Below are positions 20,794 through 30,992 of a DNA stretch of 64,000 nucleotides, in pieces. A program made the position numbers and the translations under genes. Positions within the stretch are counted from its first letter, which is position 1. Each line of letters starts with the position of its first letter. Below the pieces are notes generated by a model, which was given only the letters and a program-made list of their open reading frames with translations, made no database searches and was not told the origin of the DNA. The stretch is from an uncultured archaeon (GTDB taxonomy: Archaea > Thermoproteota > Nitrososphaeria > Nitrososphaerales > Gagatemarchaeaceae): NCBI GenBank assembly GCA_963799775.1, contig CAWCYD010000003.1, forward strand, positions 736,001-800,000, given 5' to 3'.

Positions 20794-21732
20794 TTAGGGG
20801 CGTTTGCTGCCTTTTGTCATCGCATAGGTCACGACCAAGGGCAGGGCTATCGTCGCGTCGGCGATGAGCGTCGATTTCTTCGCCTTTGGCCTGACCTTCC
20901 CCCACGAGATGGCCTCCTTGACCTGGGCGCCGCTCAGGCTCCCATCGTACTCGGTGGCCGTCGTGATGTAGCACGCGTAGTCCAGTCCTCCCTTGAACTG
21001 GGACCACCAGATCACGTGATGCTTGGAGATTCCTCCGCCGACCACAAGCGCGCCGCTCTTCTTGGCGTCGAAGACGATGTCCGCGAGCCTCTTCTCGTCC
21101 CCTATCACGTCCACCCTAAAGTCGCTCCTCCTGTTAGCGAAAAGCCAGAGCTGCGAGCCCACAGCGCCGTCCATCGGCCCTGGCAAGAAGATGGGCACGT
21201 TCTTCTTCTTCGCCCAGTGAAGGATCGAGTTCTCGTCCGCCAGCTCAGCGAGAGAAGAGCAGAGCTGCTCGGTGGTCATGGTCTTGGCTCCCTCCGCGTA
21301 TCTGCGGTCTAGCCACGGCTGGATCCGCTTCTCGAGCGCGGGGCCGTAGGTCTCCAACGGGACGAGTATGTTGCCCAGCCTGTGGTAGCCCTGCCTCTTG
21401 AGCTTCACGTCGTCTAGGTCGAAGCTGCCGTGGAAGTACGACCCCCAGCTCCGGGCGAGGTCGTGGTCTAGCGTCCCTGAGGCCGTGACTATGACGTCCA
21501 CCATCCCTTCGCGTATCATGTCCACTATCACTCCCCTGGTGCCCGTCGCGACCAGGGCTGCGGGGAAGGAGAGGAACTTGGTGCAGGCGGGGTCGGCGAC
21601 CATGTCGCTCAACACGCCCGCAGCCTCTGCGAGGTGCCTTCCCATGAACCCGCCGGCGGCGCGCATCTGGTCGACCATGGCCACGACGTCGGTCGACGGT
21701 CGGAGATGGACGTCCCTGACCTTCTCTAGCAA
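20794..21732 (-). CDS. dys: Deoxyhypusine synthase
   Basis: GGGISKHH, YDGSLSGA..EAISWGK, ADAT. Confidence 0.95.
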   Translation of the reverse strand: MLEKVRDVHLRPSTDVVAMVDQMRAAGGFMGRHLAEAAGVLSDMVADPACTKFLSFPAALVATGTRGVIVDMIREGMVDVIVTASGTLDHDLARSWGSYFHGSFDLDDVKLKRQGYHRLGNILVPLETYGPALEKRIQPWLDRRYAEGAKTMTTEQLCSSLAELADENSILHWAKKKNVPIFLPGPMDGAVGSQLWLFANRRSDFRVDVIGDEKRLADIVFDAKKSGALVVGGGISKHHVIWWSQFKGGLDYACYITTATEYDGSLSGAQVKEAISWGKVRPKAKKSTLIADATIALPLVVTYAMTKGSKRP

Positions 21733-21899
21733 GGCGAACGCCCTCGCGACTTCGTTCTTGCTTTAAACGGTTCGGGAGCACTTTCAGGCATCTCACCCCC
21801 CTCCGCAACGGCCCGACAGGTGGGAGCGCGGTGCGACCGCTGACCATGGGGTCGGCATAGCCAATCCCGGAGATTACCCCCAGGGCCCTGAGCCCCTTC

Positions 21900-22925
21900 A
21901 TGCTTACTTCGGCATATTCTGTTGACGACGACGCCAGGTGCACGCACTGCTCTGGGAGGATGGTCGACATCGACGAGGAGATGGTCTGCTCCTCGTGCGG
22001 GGGCGTGAGGCCAAAGGAGACCGAGACAGGCTCGGCGGACGCTGTGCGAAGGGCGCACGCGGTAGACTACACGAACCACTCGCTAGGTAGCTTTCTCGGT
22101 CCGATCGACTACGACCGCGACGATGCGCCCGCGAGAGGGCTCTCTGGCTCCTCCTCCACGTTCAGATACCTGAAGACAATCTCTGACTACTCGCAGGTGG
22201 ACGAGGTCGGCGTCTATCCGTGCGCGAAGCTGATCGAGAGGATCTGCGAGAAGCTCTCGCTCCCGGTAGGGGTGATGGGGCAGTCGATATCAGTGGCCAA
22301 GGGCCTCCTGATGATCAGGAAGCAGAGGGTAGGCTACACGATAGCGGCGATCTCCGCCTTCTCGATAATAAGCGCGTGCAGGATCTGCGGCGTCTCGACG
22401 GTAGGGGCGAGGGAGGTCGTCGCAGCCCACAAGGCGCTGGGGCACAATGTCAGGCCATCGATGCTGATCAAGATGGGGTTCGACTCGCCGGTCAAAGCGA
22501 GCGCCATGAGGGCGGAGGAGTACCTGGGCAGGGTCGCGGCCCGCTTCTCCGAGATCCTGCCGCGGCTGCACGCCCCTCCTGGCTACCAATACAGGCTCCT
22601 CCACCTTGCGAGGAGGGCGCTAGCGATGCTGGATTCCTCGGTGAGGGGCGGCCACAACCCGCGCGCGCTCGCAGCGACGAGCTTCTACGCGGCGGAGGTG
22701 GCGATCGCAGAGAGCGAGTCGAGGAAGAGGTTGTTCACCCAGAGGGACATCGCGACATGCATCGAGGCTGCCGAGTACACGGTGAGAGAGCAGTTCTGCG
22801 AGCTCTTCAGACCGCGTTGGGATGAAATCTATGGTGAGCTCAGGCCGATGCTGCAGGCCCAGAGCCAACCACAGTCCAGTCAAAGCTTCCAGTCGCTCCA
22901 GGCACTCCAAGCTCGACCAGCTTGA
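21900..22925 (+). CDS. Divergent transcription factor B (TFIIB) paralog
   Basis: CxHC..CxxC zinc ribbon, two cyclin-like repeats, G.NP..LAA, TQRDIA..AEYTVRE. Confidence 0.8.
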   Translation: MLTSAYSVDDDARCTHCSGRMVDIDEEMVCSSCGGVRPKETETGSADAVRRAHAVDYTNHSLGSFLGPIDYDRDDAPARGLSGSSSTFRYLKTISDYSQVDEVGVYPCAKLIERICEKLSLPVGVMGQSISVAKGLLMIRKQRVGYTIAAISAFSIISACRICGVSTVGAREVVAAHKALGHNVRPSMLIKMGFDSPVKASAMRAEEYLGRVAARFSEILPRLHAPPGYQYRLLHLARRALAMLDSSVRGGHNPRALAATSFYAAEVAIAESESRKRLFTQRDIATCIEAAEYTVREQFCELFRPRWDEIYGELRPMLQAQSQPQSSQSFQSLQALQARPA

Positions 22926-23625
22926 ACCAGTAGCTCGGGGCGCAGACGGCGCCCCAGACCAGGCCTGCGGTGAGAACGAACCCCAGTGCCGACGCCTCAG
23001 TCATCAATCCGGGCAACGTCGCCCCGAAGGCGGCCTGGACCAACGTTGAGTTGCAAGGAGACCTCGAGAGCGCAGAGCCGAGAGCGTCCTGCGCTGACGC
23101 ACAGAGAAGAGCCGCGTCACCGAGGCGCACAGGGACGTTCAAGACGTGGGTCTCATGTCTCTCGAGCAGGACAGACCCTCCGCCCCCGACCTCCCTGATG
23201 GAGAAGGCGACGCGCATGTCGAGCGCTCCCTCCGCGCCTCCCGAGAACGGGGACACCACCGTCAAGTTATCGGCCGCTGGCGAGGACGGCCCGGCGTCTC
23301 CGACGCCTGTGGCATTGGCGACGTACGATGTCCCGGAGTCGTCTCCTGAGGATGAAGACGAGGCCGAGATGGATCCGACGTAGCCCTCGAACTCCCCGCA
23401 GGTGGCCGGGTTCGTCGAGAGGAAGGACTGGGCTTGAGCGAGTACTCCCATCGAGAGGCTTCCCATGAGCGCTTGTTCGAGCACCAGTTCCCTCGTCTCG
23501 ACGCGAGAGAGCTGCGACCCCGCGGCAAGGTTGTCCTGGGCAGAGACGATGGTGGCATCTGCGACGACGAGGAGGCTGAGCAAGACGACCGAGGCCAGCG
23601 TGGCGGCTACTGCCCTTCTAGCCAA
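22840..23625 (-). CDS. Pilin-like/secreted protein of the type IV pilus locus
   Basis: ARRA|VAATLASVVLL class III-like signal; Ser/Gly-rich body. Confidence 0.6.
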   Translation of the reverse strand: MARRAVAATLASVVLLSLLVVADATIVSAQDNLAAGSQLSRVETRELVLEQALMGSLSMGVLAQAQSFLSTNPATCGEFEGYVGSISASSSSSGDDSGTSYVANATGVGDAGPSSPAADNLTVVSPFSGGAEGALDMRVAFSIREVGGGGSVLLERHETHVLNVPVRLGDAALLCASAQDALGSALSRSPCNSTLVQAAFGATLPGLMTEASALGFVLTAGLVWGAVCAPSYWFKLVELGVPGATGSFDWTVVGSGPAASA

Positions 23626-23972
23626 GCTTGTATCACGACCACGCGGCCGGGCAGGTCCAGCGTCAGGGACGAATGGGGGGCGAACGGAGACGGGGAGGGC
23701 GACCCCTCGCATCCCGCCCCCTGCAACGACACGTCGAAGACAAACGTCGAGTTGCTGGCCTGCAGGCCGCTCGCGCAGAGCGAGGACTCGGTGGAGCTTG
23801 TGAGGAACGGGAGACCGACTTGGCCCAGATAGGCGAGGATCGCCGAGTCCACCCTGGAGTCTGCCGCCGCCTCGACTGCTCCCTCTCTCGCGGCGATGGG
23901 GTTCATCAGGACTATGAGGGTGATGCAGAGCACCGCGTAGCCCGTCCCGACCGCTATGTCGATGAGCTGCAC
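23607..23972 (-). CDS. Minor pilin-like protein
   Basis: N-terminal hydrophobic helix QLIDIAVG..; operon context. Confidence 0.55.
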   Translation of the reverse strand: MQLIDIAVGTGYAVLCITLIVLMNPIAAREGAVEAAADSRVDSAILAYLGQVGLPFLTSSTESSLCASGLQASNSTFVFDVSLQGAGCEGSPSPSPFAPHSSLTLDLPGRVVVIQAWLEGQ

Positions 23973-23995
23973 CTTAAGCCACCCACCTCATCCAA

Positions 23996-24100
23996 TCAGC
24001 CTGCGAGGGCGAGGTGCGAGATCACGACTGACAGAGCGACGACTGTCAGCAGCGAGAGCATGACCAGAGCGATGCACACTTCCAGGTAGTCCTCAATCAT
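23996..24100 (-). CDS. 34-aa single-TM pilin-like peptide
   Basis: MIEDYLEVCIALVMLSLLTVVALSVVISHLALAG; start overlaps the upstream stop. Confidence 0.55.
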   Translation of the reverse strand: MIEDYLEVCIALVMLSLLTVVALSVVISHLALAG

Positions 24101-24479
24101 CGCGCGCCGGTGCGACTAGCACCTTCCCTCCTTCCAGCGTGAAGTTGTACAGCGGTCCGGGATAGAGCACGCATCGCTCAAGCTCCCATTTCACCTGAGT
24201 CTCAGCTCGGGAGCCACCGAACGAAGCCGTGACTGTTCTCCCAGAGAGCGAGACGGAGAGAGCCACCGCGGGGTAGCTCTCCAGTCTGGCCAGCACGCTG
24301 GTCCCTGCGGTCATCGAGTCGATCGTGCTGCTCAGGCTGAGCGCGACGACCTCTGCAGACCTCTCCTGGGAGGTCGCGTACACGTGATAGACAGGAGGCG
24401 CGAGCAGCAGGAAGAGGCTCATGATGGCGGCGAAGTAGACTGCGTAGGAGACCTGCGAAGAGAGTCCGACGGTCGGCAT
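24093..24479 (-). CDS. Minor pilin-like protein
   Basis: N-terminal hydrophobic segment followed by beta-rich domain; tightly packed operon. Confidence 0.55.
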   Translation of the reverse strand: MPTVGLSSQVSYAVYFAAIMSLFLLLAPPVYHVYATSQERSAEVVALSLSSTIDSMTAGTSVLARLESYPAVALSVSLSGRTVTASFGGSRAETQVKWELERCVLYPGPLYNFTLEGGKVLVAPARDD

Positions 24480-24480
24480 C

Positions 24481-24846
24481 CTAGCACTCCACCGTCAGCT
24501 GCAGCGAGGCGGAAGTGGGGAGGAAGTCTAGCGTGCAAGCACCGTCGAGTCCACCGTAGTCGAAGGAGCAAGGAAAGCCCAGCTCGTAGACCCGAGACGC
24601 GCCTCCCAAAGTTACTGAGAGGCTCCCGTCTGAGCACGAGACGGAGGTGTCTTGCAACGGGAGCACCAGTGCCACCTCCCTTCTCTCGATGGAAGAGACC
24701 CTCGCCGCACCAGCGATCTGGTCCGACTTTGAGGACGCCGCCAACTGGTTCAGCCCCGGCAACGCCTCGCTCACGAGCATCACGCTCATCCCGGCCAGGC
24801 CCGCGGAGATGCCGAGGACCAACACGTATTCTATCAGCTCGACCAA
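24481..24846 (-). CDS. Pilin-like protein
   Basis: ELIEYVLVLGISAGLAG pilin-type N-terminal helix. Confidence 0.65.
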   Translation of the reverse strand: MVELIEYVLVLGISAGLAGMSVMLVSEALPGLNQLAASSKSDQIAGAARVSSIERREVALVLPLQDTSVSCSDGSLSVTLGGASRVYELGFPCSFDYGGLDGACTLDFLPTSASLQLTVEC

Positions 24847-24929
24847 TGGAGATGCACACCAGAGAGCTCGGCCGGAGACTTAAGCGCCCACGCGTTGGCG
24901 CTTTATTATCAGACCGCACTAGGTAGGGG

Positions 24930-26418
24930 TTGATAGGCCGTCTGGAAAGATGTCTGCTGCGTCTCGCGCGCAGAAGAAAGGGACATGCGCCTGCCCGAGG
25001 TCCGCTCCTCGTCGAACTTCTCGAGTCGACCGACGCGGAGCTGGTAGAGTCGTATCCAAACGGGCTCTTCAGGTCCGAGATCAGGAAGGGAGAGGGAGGG
25101 ACGCTGTACGACCTCGTGCCTTGTTTGGGCGCGGAGAACCTCTCCCTCCTAAGGACGGCTGTGGCGAGGATAAGCGAGACGCTCTCTCCTGAGCAGGTCA
25201 AGCCGTTGGACTTCACGCGCCTTGTCGAGGTGCTCGGACAGATGGCAGCTCGGGAGCTCTCGCGGATACGAGACCTCTCACTCGTCAGGGAGCTCTCTCG
25301 GTTGGCTGCGTTCGAGGCAGTGGGACTGACCACCTTGTACGCCCTGTCGAGAGACAGGAACGTCCAGGAGTTCTACCTTGACTCCCCGACCACCCCGGTC
25401 TATCTCGACCACGCGAAGTTCGGGAGGTGCGAGACGAGGATATTCTTCACAGAGAGGGAGAGGAAGGCCATCGAGACCCACATGGACACCTTCAAGGGGT
25501 ACACGCTCGACTACGCCAACCCCTCGCTGAAGAACGAGTTCGAGGTCTTCGGGACAAGGCTCCGCATCTCGTTGGACCTGGAACCGCTCGCTGTGAGCGG
25601 ATTCTCCCTCGACGTACGCAAGCTGACGTCCAACGTGATGACGATAAGGGACCTGATCGGCATCGACGTCCTCTCTGTCGAAGCGGCGGCCTTCCTGCTT
25701 GCCGCCTTGGAGGCGGGGGTCAACGTGACGATCGTCGGGGAGACGGGGACCGGGAAGACGACGCTGTTGAACGCCCTCGACGAGTCGCTCGACCCGAGGC
25801 TTCGGAGGATATACGTCGAGGACGCGGTCGAGACGAATGGACCTGCTGGAGCGGGGGTATCATCAGATGAAGCTACGAGTCGACCCGTTCGAGAGGGGCG
25901 ACGAGGCCCAGAGGACCAAGTCGGCCGAGATAACGAAGATCCTGCACAGATCACCGGACCTTCTGGTGCTCGGTGAGATTCAGTCCGAGGAGCACAGCAG
26001 GGCGTTCTTCCAGGCTCTCGCGGCAGGCGTCCGGGGACTGCAGACGTTCCATTCCTCCTCGCCGGAGCAGGCCATCAGAAGATGGCTGGAGCTGCACGGC
26101 GTCTCGAAGGCCAACCTCGCCGACCTCGGGGTCATAGTCCAGATGCAGCGACCCCAAAGGCTCTCCTCTCGGAGGTGCGTCCAGAGCATCTCGACGTTGG
26201 GGCGAACCCCTTTCAGCGACCCGGGCGAGGCGAGGGCAGAGCCGGCCCTCAACAGGTTGTTCGTGAGGGCGACAGGATGTCCCCTTGTGAGGACGGCATC
26301 TTGGGAGCAGATGGACCTTGCGACGGTCGCCATCCCACTAGAAGAGTTCTTGCGGGCGGTCGAGACGAAGATCGAGAGCATCGGTGAGATGAGGGCGGAG
26401 AGGGCGGCGCTCGATTGA
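24930..26418 (+). CDS. Type II/IV secretion (pilus assembly) ATPase, frameshift near 25837
   Basis: GETGTGKTT, YVEDAVE, RSPDLLVLGEIQ, QTFH. Confidence 0.9.
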
Positions 26419-27125
26419 GAGTGGAGTCGTGGGAGAGGCTCGGCCTCGACAGCGGCAGGTTCCTCTTCCTCTCCCTGGTCGTCGCGGCGGCGCTCCTCGG
26501 CGTGGTGCTCATCGTTGGAGAGGAGCTGCATCTTGGTGCGGTCTCGTTCGTCCTTGCCACGGTGGCGGCGGGCTGCTCCTGCTATCTCGTCTCTTCGTCG
26601 CCGAGGAGGAAGATGAGGCTGGCCGCGTTCCGGCAGGCTTCGGAGTCGCCCTCGCTGGCTGCCTCTTCGAACATCTATCTGAGGTCGACTGGCTCCAGGA
26701 GCAAGACGCTCCTGAACCTTGCCGCCGAAGAGTCGATGCTAGGCACCTTCCTCGCAGACGTGAGAAGGATGACCCTGTTAGGCTACGACGCGACATCAGC
26801 CATCGAGGCGTCACGGCCCGAGGACCATGTCTTCTCAGAGTCGGCGAGGACCGTCCTCAACGCGGTTGTCAGACTGGACCCTGCCAGGGTGGACGAGGGG
26901 GGCGAGGAGCTTGATGGGATCCTGAGTTCGGGCGGCCTGGACCAGGAGACCAAGCTGCCGCTCTTGGTCGCGGTCTCATTCTTCCTCCCCATCATGCTCA
27001 TGCTCTTCGCCGCGACGACCAAGCAGACCGGCCCGGTGGCGATGGTCGCCCTCCTCTTGCTCGAGGTCATCATCCTTGACATGACCCTCGCCCTCTCCAG
27101 CGAGACCGTCGGATGGGGGGCGTAG
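26415..27125 (+). CDS. TadB/TadC-like membrane platform protein
   Basis: Multi-TM; start overlaps ATPase stop. Confidence 0.65.
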   Translation: MRVESWERLGLDSGRFLFLSLVVAAALLGVVLIVGEELHLGAVSFVLATVAAGCSCYLVSSSPRRKMRLAAFRQASESPSLAASSNIYLRSTGSRSKTLLNLAAEESMLGTFLADVRRMTLLGYDATSAIEASRPEDHVFSESARTVLNAVVRLDPARVDEGGEELDGILSSGGLDQETKLPLLVAVSFFLPIMLMLFAATTKQTGPVAMVALLLLEVIILDMTLALSSETVGWGA

Positions 27126-27134
27126 AGACGCGTC

Positions 27135-27791
27135 TTGACTGACAAGAAGAGCGCACGCGGGACGGGCGCGGAGCTGGAGCTCGTCAGGCGACTGCGGGCG
27201 GTTCTCAAGCGGACTTCGGGGGGCATGGGGGTCGCGGCCGCTTTCGTCGGCGTCTTCTCGGGCTCACGGAACACCGGAGAACGCGAGGCGGTAAGGAGGA
27301 TCCTTCTCGGGACCCCCGTGGAGGCAGCCTCTACATCTCTCACTAGGCAGAGCGGCACTTCGGGAGAGCTCCTGGGCTTCATCGCGACCATGTCAAGGTT
27401 CAGCTCGACGGACGCCGGCAAGGGAGCCGAGAAGCTTGCAACGATGTTCGACAGATGGACCCTCATGAAGGAGAAGCAAGCTGCGGAAGAGAAGGTCATG
27501 GCCTTCCGCGGGCTTGTCATCTCCGTGGTCGCGGGAGTGGTCGTTGGGATGCTCGGAAGCCTCGCTCCAGTGCTCTCGACATTCCAGATCTCACTCGGGG
27601 CGGCGACCACCCCGCAGCCCGTCGGGTTCTCTCCCTACGAGGGGGCGATCTTCCTGATCCCCAGCGCGGTCTGCCTCGGGTGTTTCCTCTCGAAGCGGCG
27701 GCCCTACGTGAACGTCCTTCTCTCTCTCGCCGCGTTCGCGGGCGTGGTCTACCTGATGGGGCCGATGACCTCTTTCACGCTCGGTCCTTGA
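27135..27791 (+). CDS. TadC-like membrane platform protein
   Basis: T2SS-F-like helical domain (G.PVEAA) plus three TM helices. Confidence 0.65.
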   Translation: MTDKKSARGTGAELELVRRLRAVLKRTSGGMGVAAAFVGVFSGSRNTGEREAVRRILLGTPVEAASTSLTRQSGTSGELLGFIATMSRFSSTDAGKGAEKLATMFDRWTLMKEKQAAEEKVMAFRGLVISVVAGVVVGMLGSLAPVLSTFQISLGAATTPQPVGFSPYEGAIFLIPSAVCLGCFLSKRRPYVNVLLSLAAFAGVVYLMGPMTSFTLGP

Positions 27792-27836
27792 GCCAGACTG
27801 ATGGGAGGTTAAATATCGTCACGGACTAGGAGAGCA

Positions 27837-28055
27837 ATGATAATCGAAAGAATTTTCCCGACCCTCGGGAAGAAGAGAAGAGCCGCGCAGCTCATCGAAG
27901 AGGCGCTGCTCCTCTCGGTCGCGCTCGTGGCGCTGTCTCTCCTTGTCGGCGGGGTCGACTCGATCCTGAAGCAAGCGGGGAACATGACGTCCAACATCTG
28001 GAACTCGATATCTTCGAGCCTCAGCGACGTGTTCGGTTCAGCGTTCCACTGGTGA
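27837..28055 (+). CDS. Short major pilin candidate
   Basis: KKRRA|AQLIEEALLLSVAL class III signal peptide with Glu+5; TTAAAT upstream. Confidence 0.75.
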   Translation: MIIERIFPTLGKKRRAAQLIEEALLLSVALVALSLLVGGVDSILKQAGNMTSNIWNSISSSLSDVFGSAFHW

Positions 28056-29854
28056 GCTGGCCTCACTTGGGGACCGAGGAGCCGACTGTCTCTGGCGCGG
28101 GGCCTCGAGCGGGAGGGCTCTTCACCCGGTTCAAATGGAGGCTCTCGGGCGGCGTTCCGATAAGGGTCGAGTCCGTCTCCGTGGTCGAGGGACGATATCT
28201 CGCGATCACGAGATCCAGCAACATCAGGCTCTTCTCACTCCTCCGTGTGAACCTCTCCGACACGAGCGAGGAACCGAAGCTCGACTACTCGGCGGCGGTG
28301 AGGATAACCCTTCAGCACCAGAGGATGAAAGGGCTCCTGGACGGGCTCCACAGGGCCAGGATACCGTTCCTGTACACGATGATGGTGAAGCCCTCGAACA
28401 GCGCGGATGAGGAGGAGGACCAGGTGTTCGAGTTCGACCTCGTGGTGGGCACGTGGGTGGACGCGCGCGGAAAGGAGCTCCAAGAGGCAAGGAGCGAGTG
28501 CGAGCAGAACGCATCCACGCTCGCCGCGACCCTGGCAGTCGGCCTCCCGAACTCTACCGTCAGGCGCCTGACGAGGAACGATCTGGTGAGCTTCGCCGAG
28601 GCGCTCCTGCTCCCCGCGGCCCCGAAGCTCCGGCAGGTGGCGGACTCCTCGACGCTCAGCGCGCTCGAGCCGTTCGACTCTCACGGCCCCAGCGTCGACT
28701 CGGCGAGCACGGCGCCAGACTTCTACGTCCCCAACTCGAAGGAGTCGGGGACCGAGAGAGGAGACGGGATAGTCCTCGGAAGGGTGAAGACACGTTCGGG
28801 CAGCACCCATGAGTTCCGGCTGCAGCTAGACGACCTGAGGAGGCACGTCACCCTCATGGGCATGACGGGCTCGGGCAAGTCGACCACCGCCGCCGTCATC
28901 GTGCGCCAGGTCGCTGCGATGGGCCTCCCTGTGATGATCCTCGACTGGCACAACGAGCACGCCGACCTCGTGAAGTCGGTGGGAGGACAGGTGCTCTCCC
29001 CGGGGAAGGACGATTTTGCGATCAATCCCATGGACATGGGGCCGGCGACGGAGCCGTCGGAGCACGTCGAGATGGTGACCGACATCTTCTCGGACACGTA
29101 CCATTTCACCCACCCCCAGGCCTACATGTTCCGGAACGCGCTCCAGAGGTGCCTGGGAGAGGCCGCGGACAGGGAGGTCCCGACCCTGGCCTCGCTCGTG
29201 GGCACGATCGAGAGCTATCCGCTCCGGTCCGCCTACGACAACGAGACCAAGGTCGCGCTCCTCAGGCGGCTCGTCCCCCTGACGCAGGGTCACGTCGGTC
29301 GCGCGTTCAACTCCCCTTCGAGCCACACGGTGGACGAGCTGCTCGACAAGGTCCTCTGCGTCGAGCTGGGGAACATCAGGGAGACCCTCTCGAGGGGTAT
29401 CTTCGCCGACGTCCTGATGAAGCTCGTCTATGAGATGAGGGTCGCCAGGAAGGTAAGGATGGAGCACGTCATGATGATCGAGGAGGCGCGCAACATCGCG
29501 CCGGCCCGCAGGGTGGAAGACCCTCCCAGCGTCGGCGAGAGGATGATATCGGAGCTGAGAAAGTTCGGGGAGTCGATGCTCTTCGTCGCGCAGTTCCCCA
29601 CCCAGGTCGCGGCGGAGGTGGTCAAGAACTCTGGGGTGCGCATTATCCACAGGGTCGCCTGGGCGGAGGACCTCAGGCTGGTCCGCGACTCGCTGAACCT
29701 GACGAACGAGCAGGTCGCCTACGTCTCGGGGCTCGGTGTGGGCGAGGCGGTCGTGAGCCTGACCAGGATACAAAAGCCGCTGCTCGTTCAGGTCGAGGCA
29801 GGAGGCTCGTTGGTCCAGGCGAGGAGGGACCTCAGTTTGGTCGGAGAACCATAG
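28052..29854 (+). CDS. HerA/FtsK/VirB4-like ATPase (DUF87)
   Basis: HVTLMGMTGSGKST, ILDWHNEH, MIEEAR, RKFG, AQFP. Confidence 0.9.
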   Translation: MSWPHLGTEEPTVSGAGPRAGGLFTRFKWRLSGGVPIRVESVSVVEGRYLAITRSSNIRLFSLLRVNLSDTSEEPKLDYSAAVRITLQHQRMKGLLDGLHRARIPFLYTMMVKPSNSADEEEDQVFEFDLVVGTWVDARGKELQEARSECEQNASTLAATLAVGLPNSTVRRLTRNDLVSFAEALLLPAAPKLRQVADSSTLSALEPFDSHGPSVDSASTAPDFYVPNSKESGTERGDGIVLGRVKTRSGSTHEFRLQLDDLRRHVTLMGMTGSGKSTTAAVIVRQVAAMGLPVMILDWHNEHADLVKSVGGQVLSPGKDDFAINPMDMGPATEPSEHVEMVTDIFSDTYHFTHPQAYMFRNALQRCLGEAADREVPTLASLVGTIESYPLRSAYDNETKVALLRRLVPLTQGHVGRAFNSPSSHTVDELLDKVLCVELGNIRETLSRGIFADVLMKLVYEMRVARKVRMEHVMMIEEARNIAPARRVEDPPSVGERMISELRKFGESMLFVAQFPTQVAAEVVKNSGVRIIHRVAWAEDLRLVRDSLNLTNEQVAYVSGLGVGEAVVSLTRIQKPLLVQVEAGGSLVQARRDLSLVGEP

Positions 29855-30360
29855 TCCAGGGTCCAATCGATCCAGGCCGCTCGCGGCGTCTTCCGCCCGT
29901 CACTCCGCCCCGCGTCAGATGCGATCGCCTTTGCGACGCTCCTCGGCGTGGAAGAGGTGGTGTCGTACTCCCTCACGATGTCAGGGCCGAACCGCTTCAC
30001 GCACTCCGAAAGGACAACGCCGATCAGCTCGGCCTCGACGTTCTCCCGCACCTTGGACCTCGGGTAGCCTCTCGCCTCCAGCCTCCCGCGGAGGACCATC
30101 GGGTCGCACCTCAGCACGGCGACGAAGGAGGCCTCGCGTCTGGTGAGCACGTGTGGGAGCAGATGCCCGAAGAGCACCGCCCTCCCGGGAAACGCAGCGA
30201 GGAGCTTCCTCCGCAGCGCTCCCGTGTCCACCTCGTCGCCGCGTCGTGGCGCGAGCGAGTTCAGGGAAAGTTGCGGGAGCCCCATGATCGACGCGACGAG
30301 CGGTGCGACGGTCTTCTTTCCTGTCCCAGGCGTCCCGCTGACCCCTACTATGCCACGCAC
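29788..30360 (-). CDS. AK6/Fap7-type adenylate kinase
   Basis: SGTPGTGKK, LRC.P..L..RL.ARGY..KVRENVEAE. Confidence 0.88.
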   Translation of the reverse strand: MRGIVGVSGTPGTGKKTVAPLVASIMGLPQLSLNSLAPRRGDEVDTGALRRKLLAAFPGRAVLFGHLLPHVLTRREASFVAVLRCDPMVLRGRLEARGYPRSKVRENVEAELIGVVLSECVKRFGPDIVREYDTTSSTPRSVAKAIASDAGRSDGRKTPRAAWIDWTLDYGSPTKLRSLLAWTNEPPAST

Positions 30361-30404
30361 ACCCGGTCGGCGGCGCTTCTAGGTAAAAAGCGAGTCGAGG
30401 CCGC

Positions 30405-30953
<549 letters not shown>

Positions 30954-30992
30954 GTCAGCAGAAAATGGAGGGAGGAGCCCTATAATCCTTCT

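Noticed and set aside
21740-21899. Possible structured RNA between dys and the TFB paralog
   Set aside because: Only short GC-rich pairings; no recognisable family.
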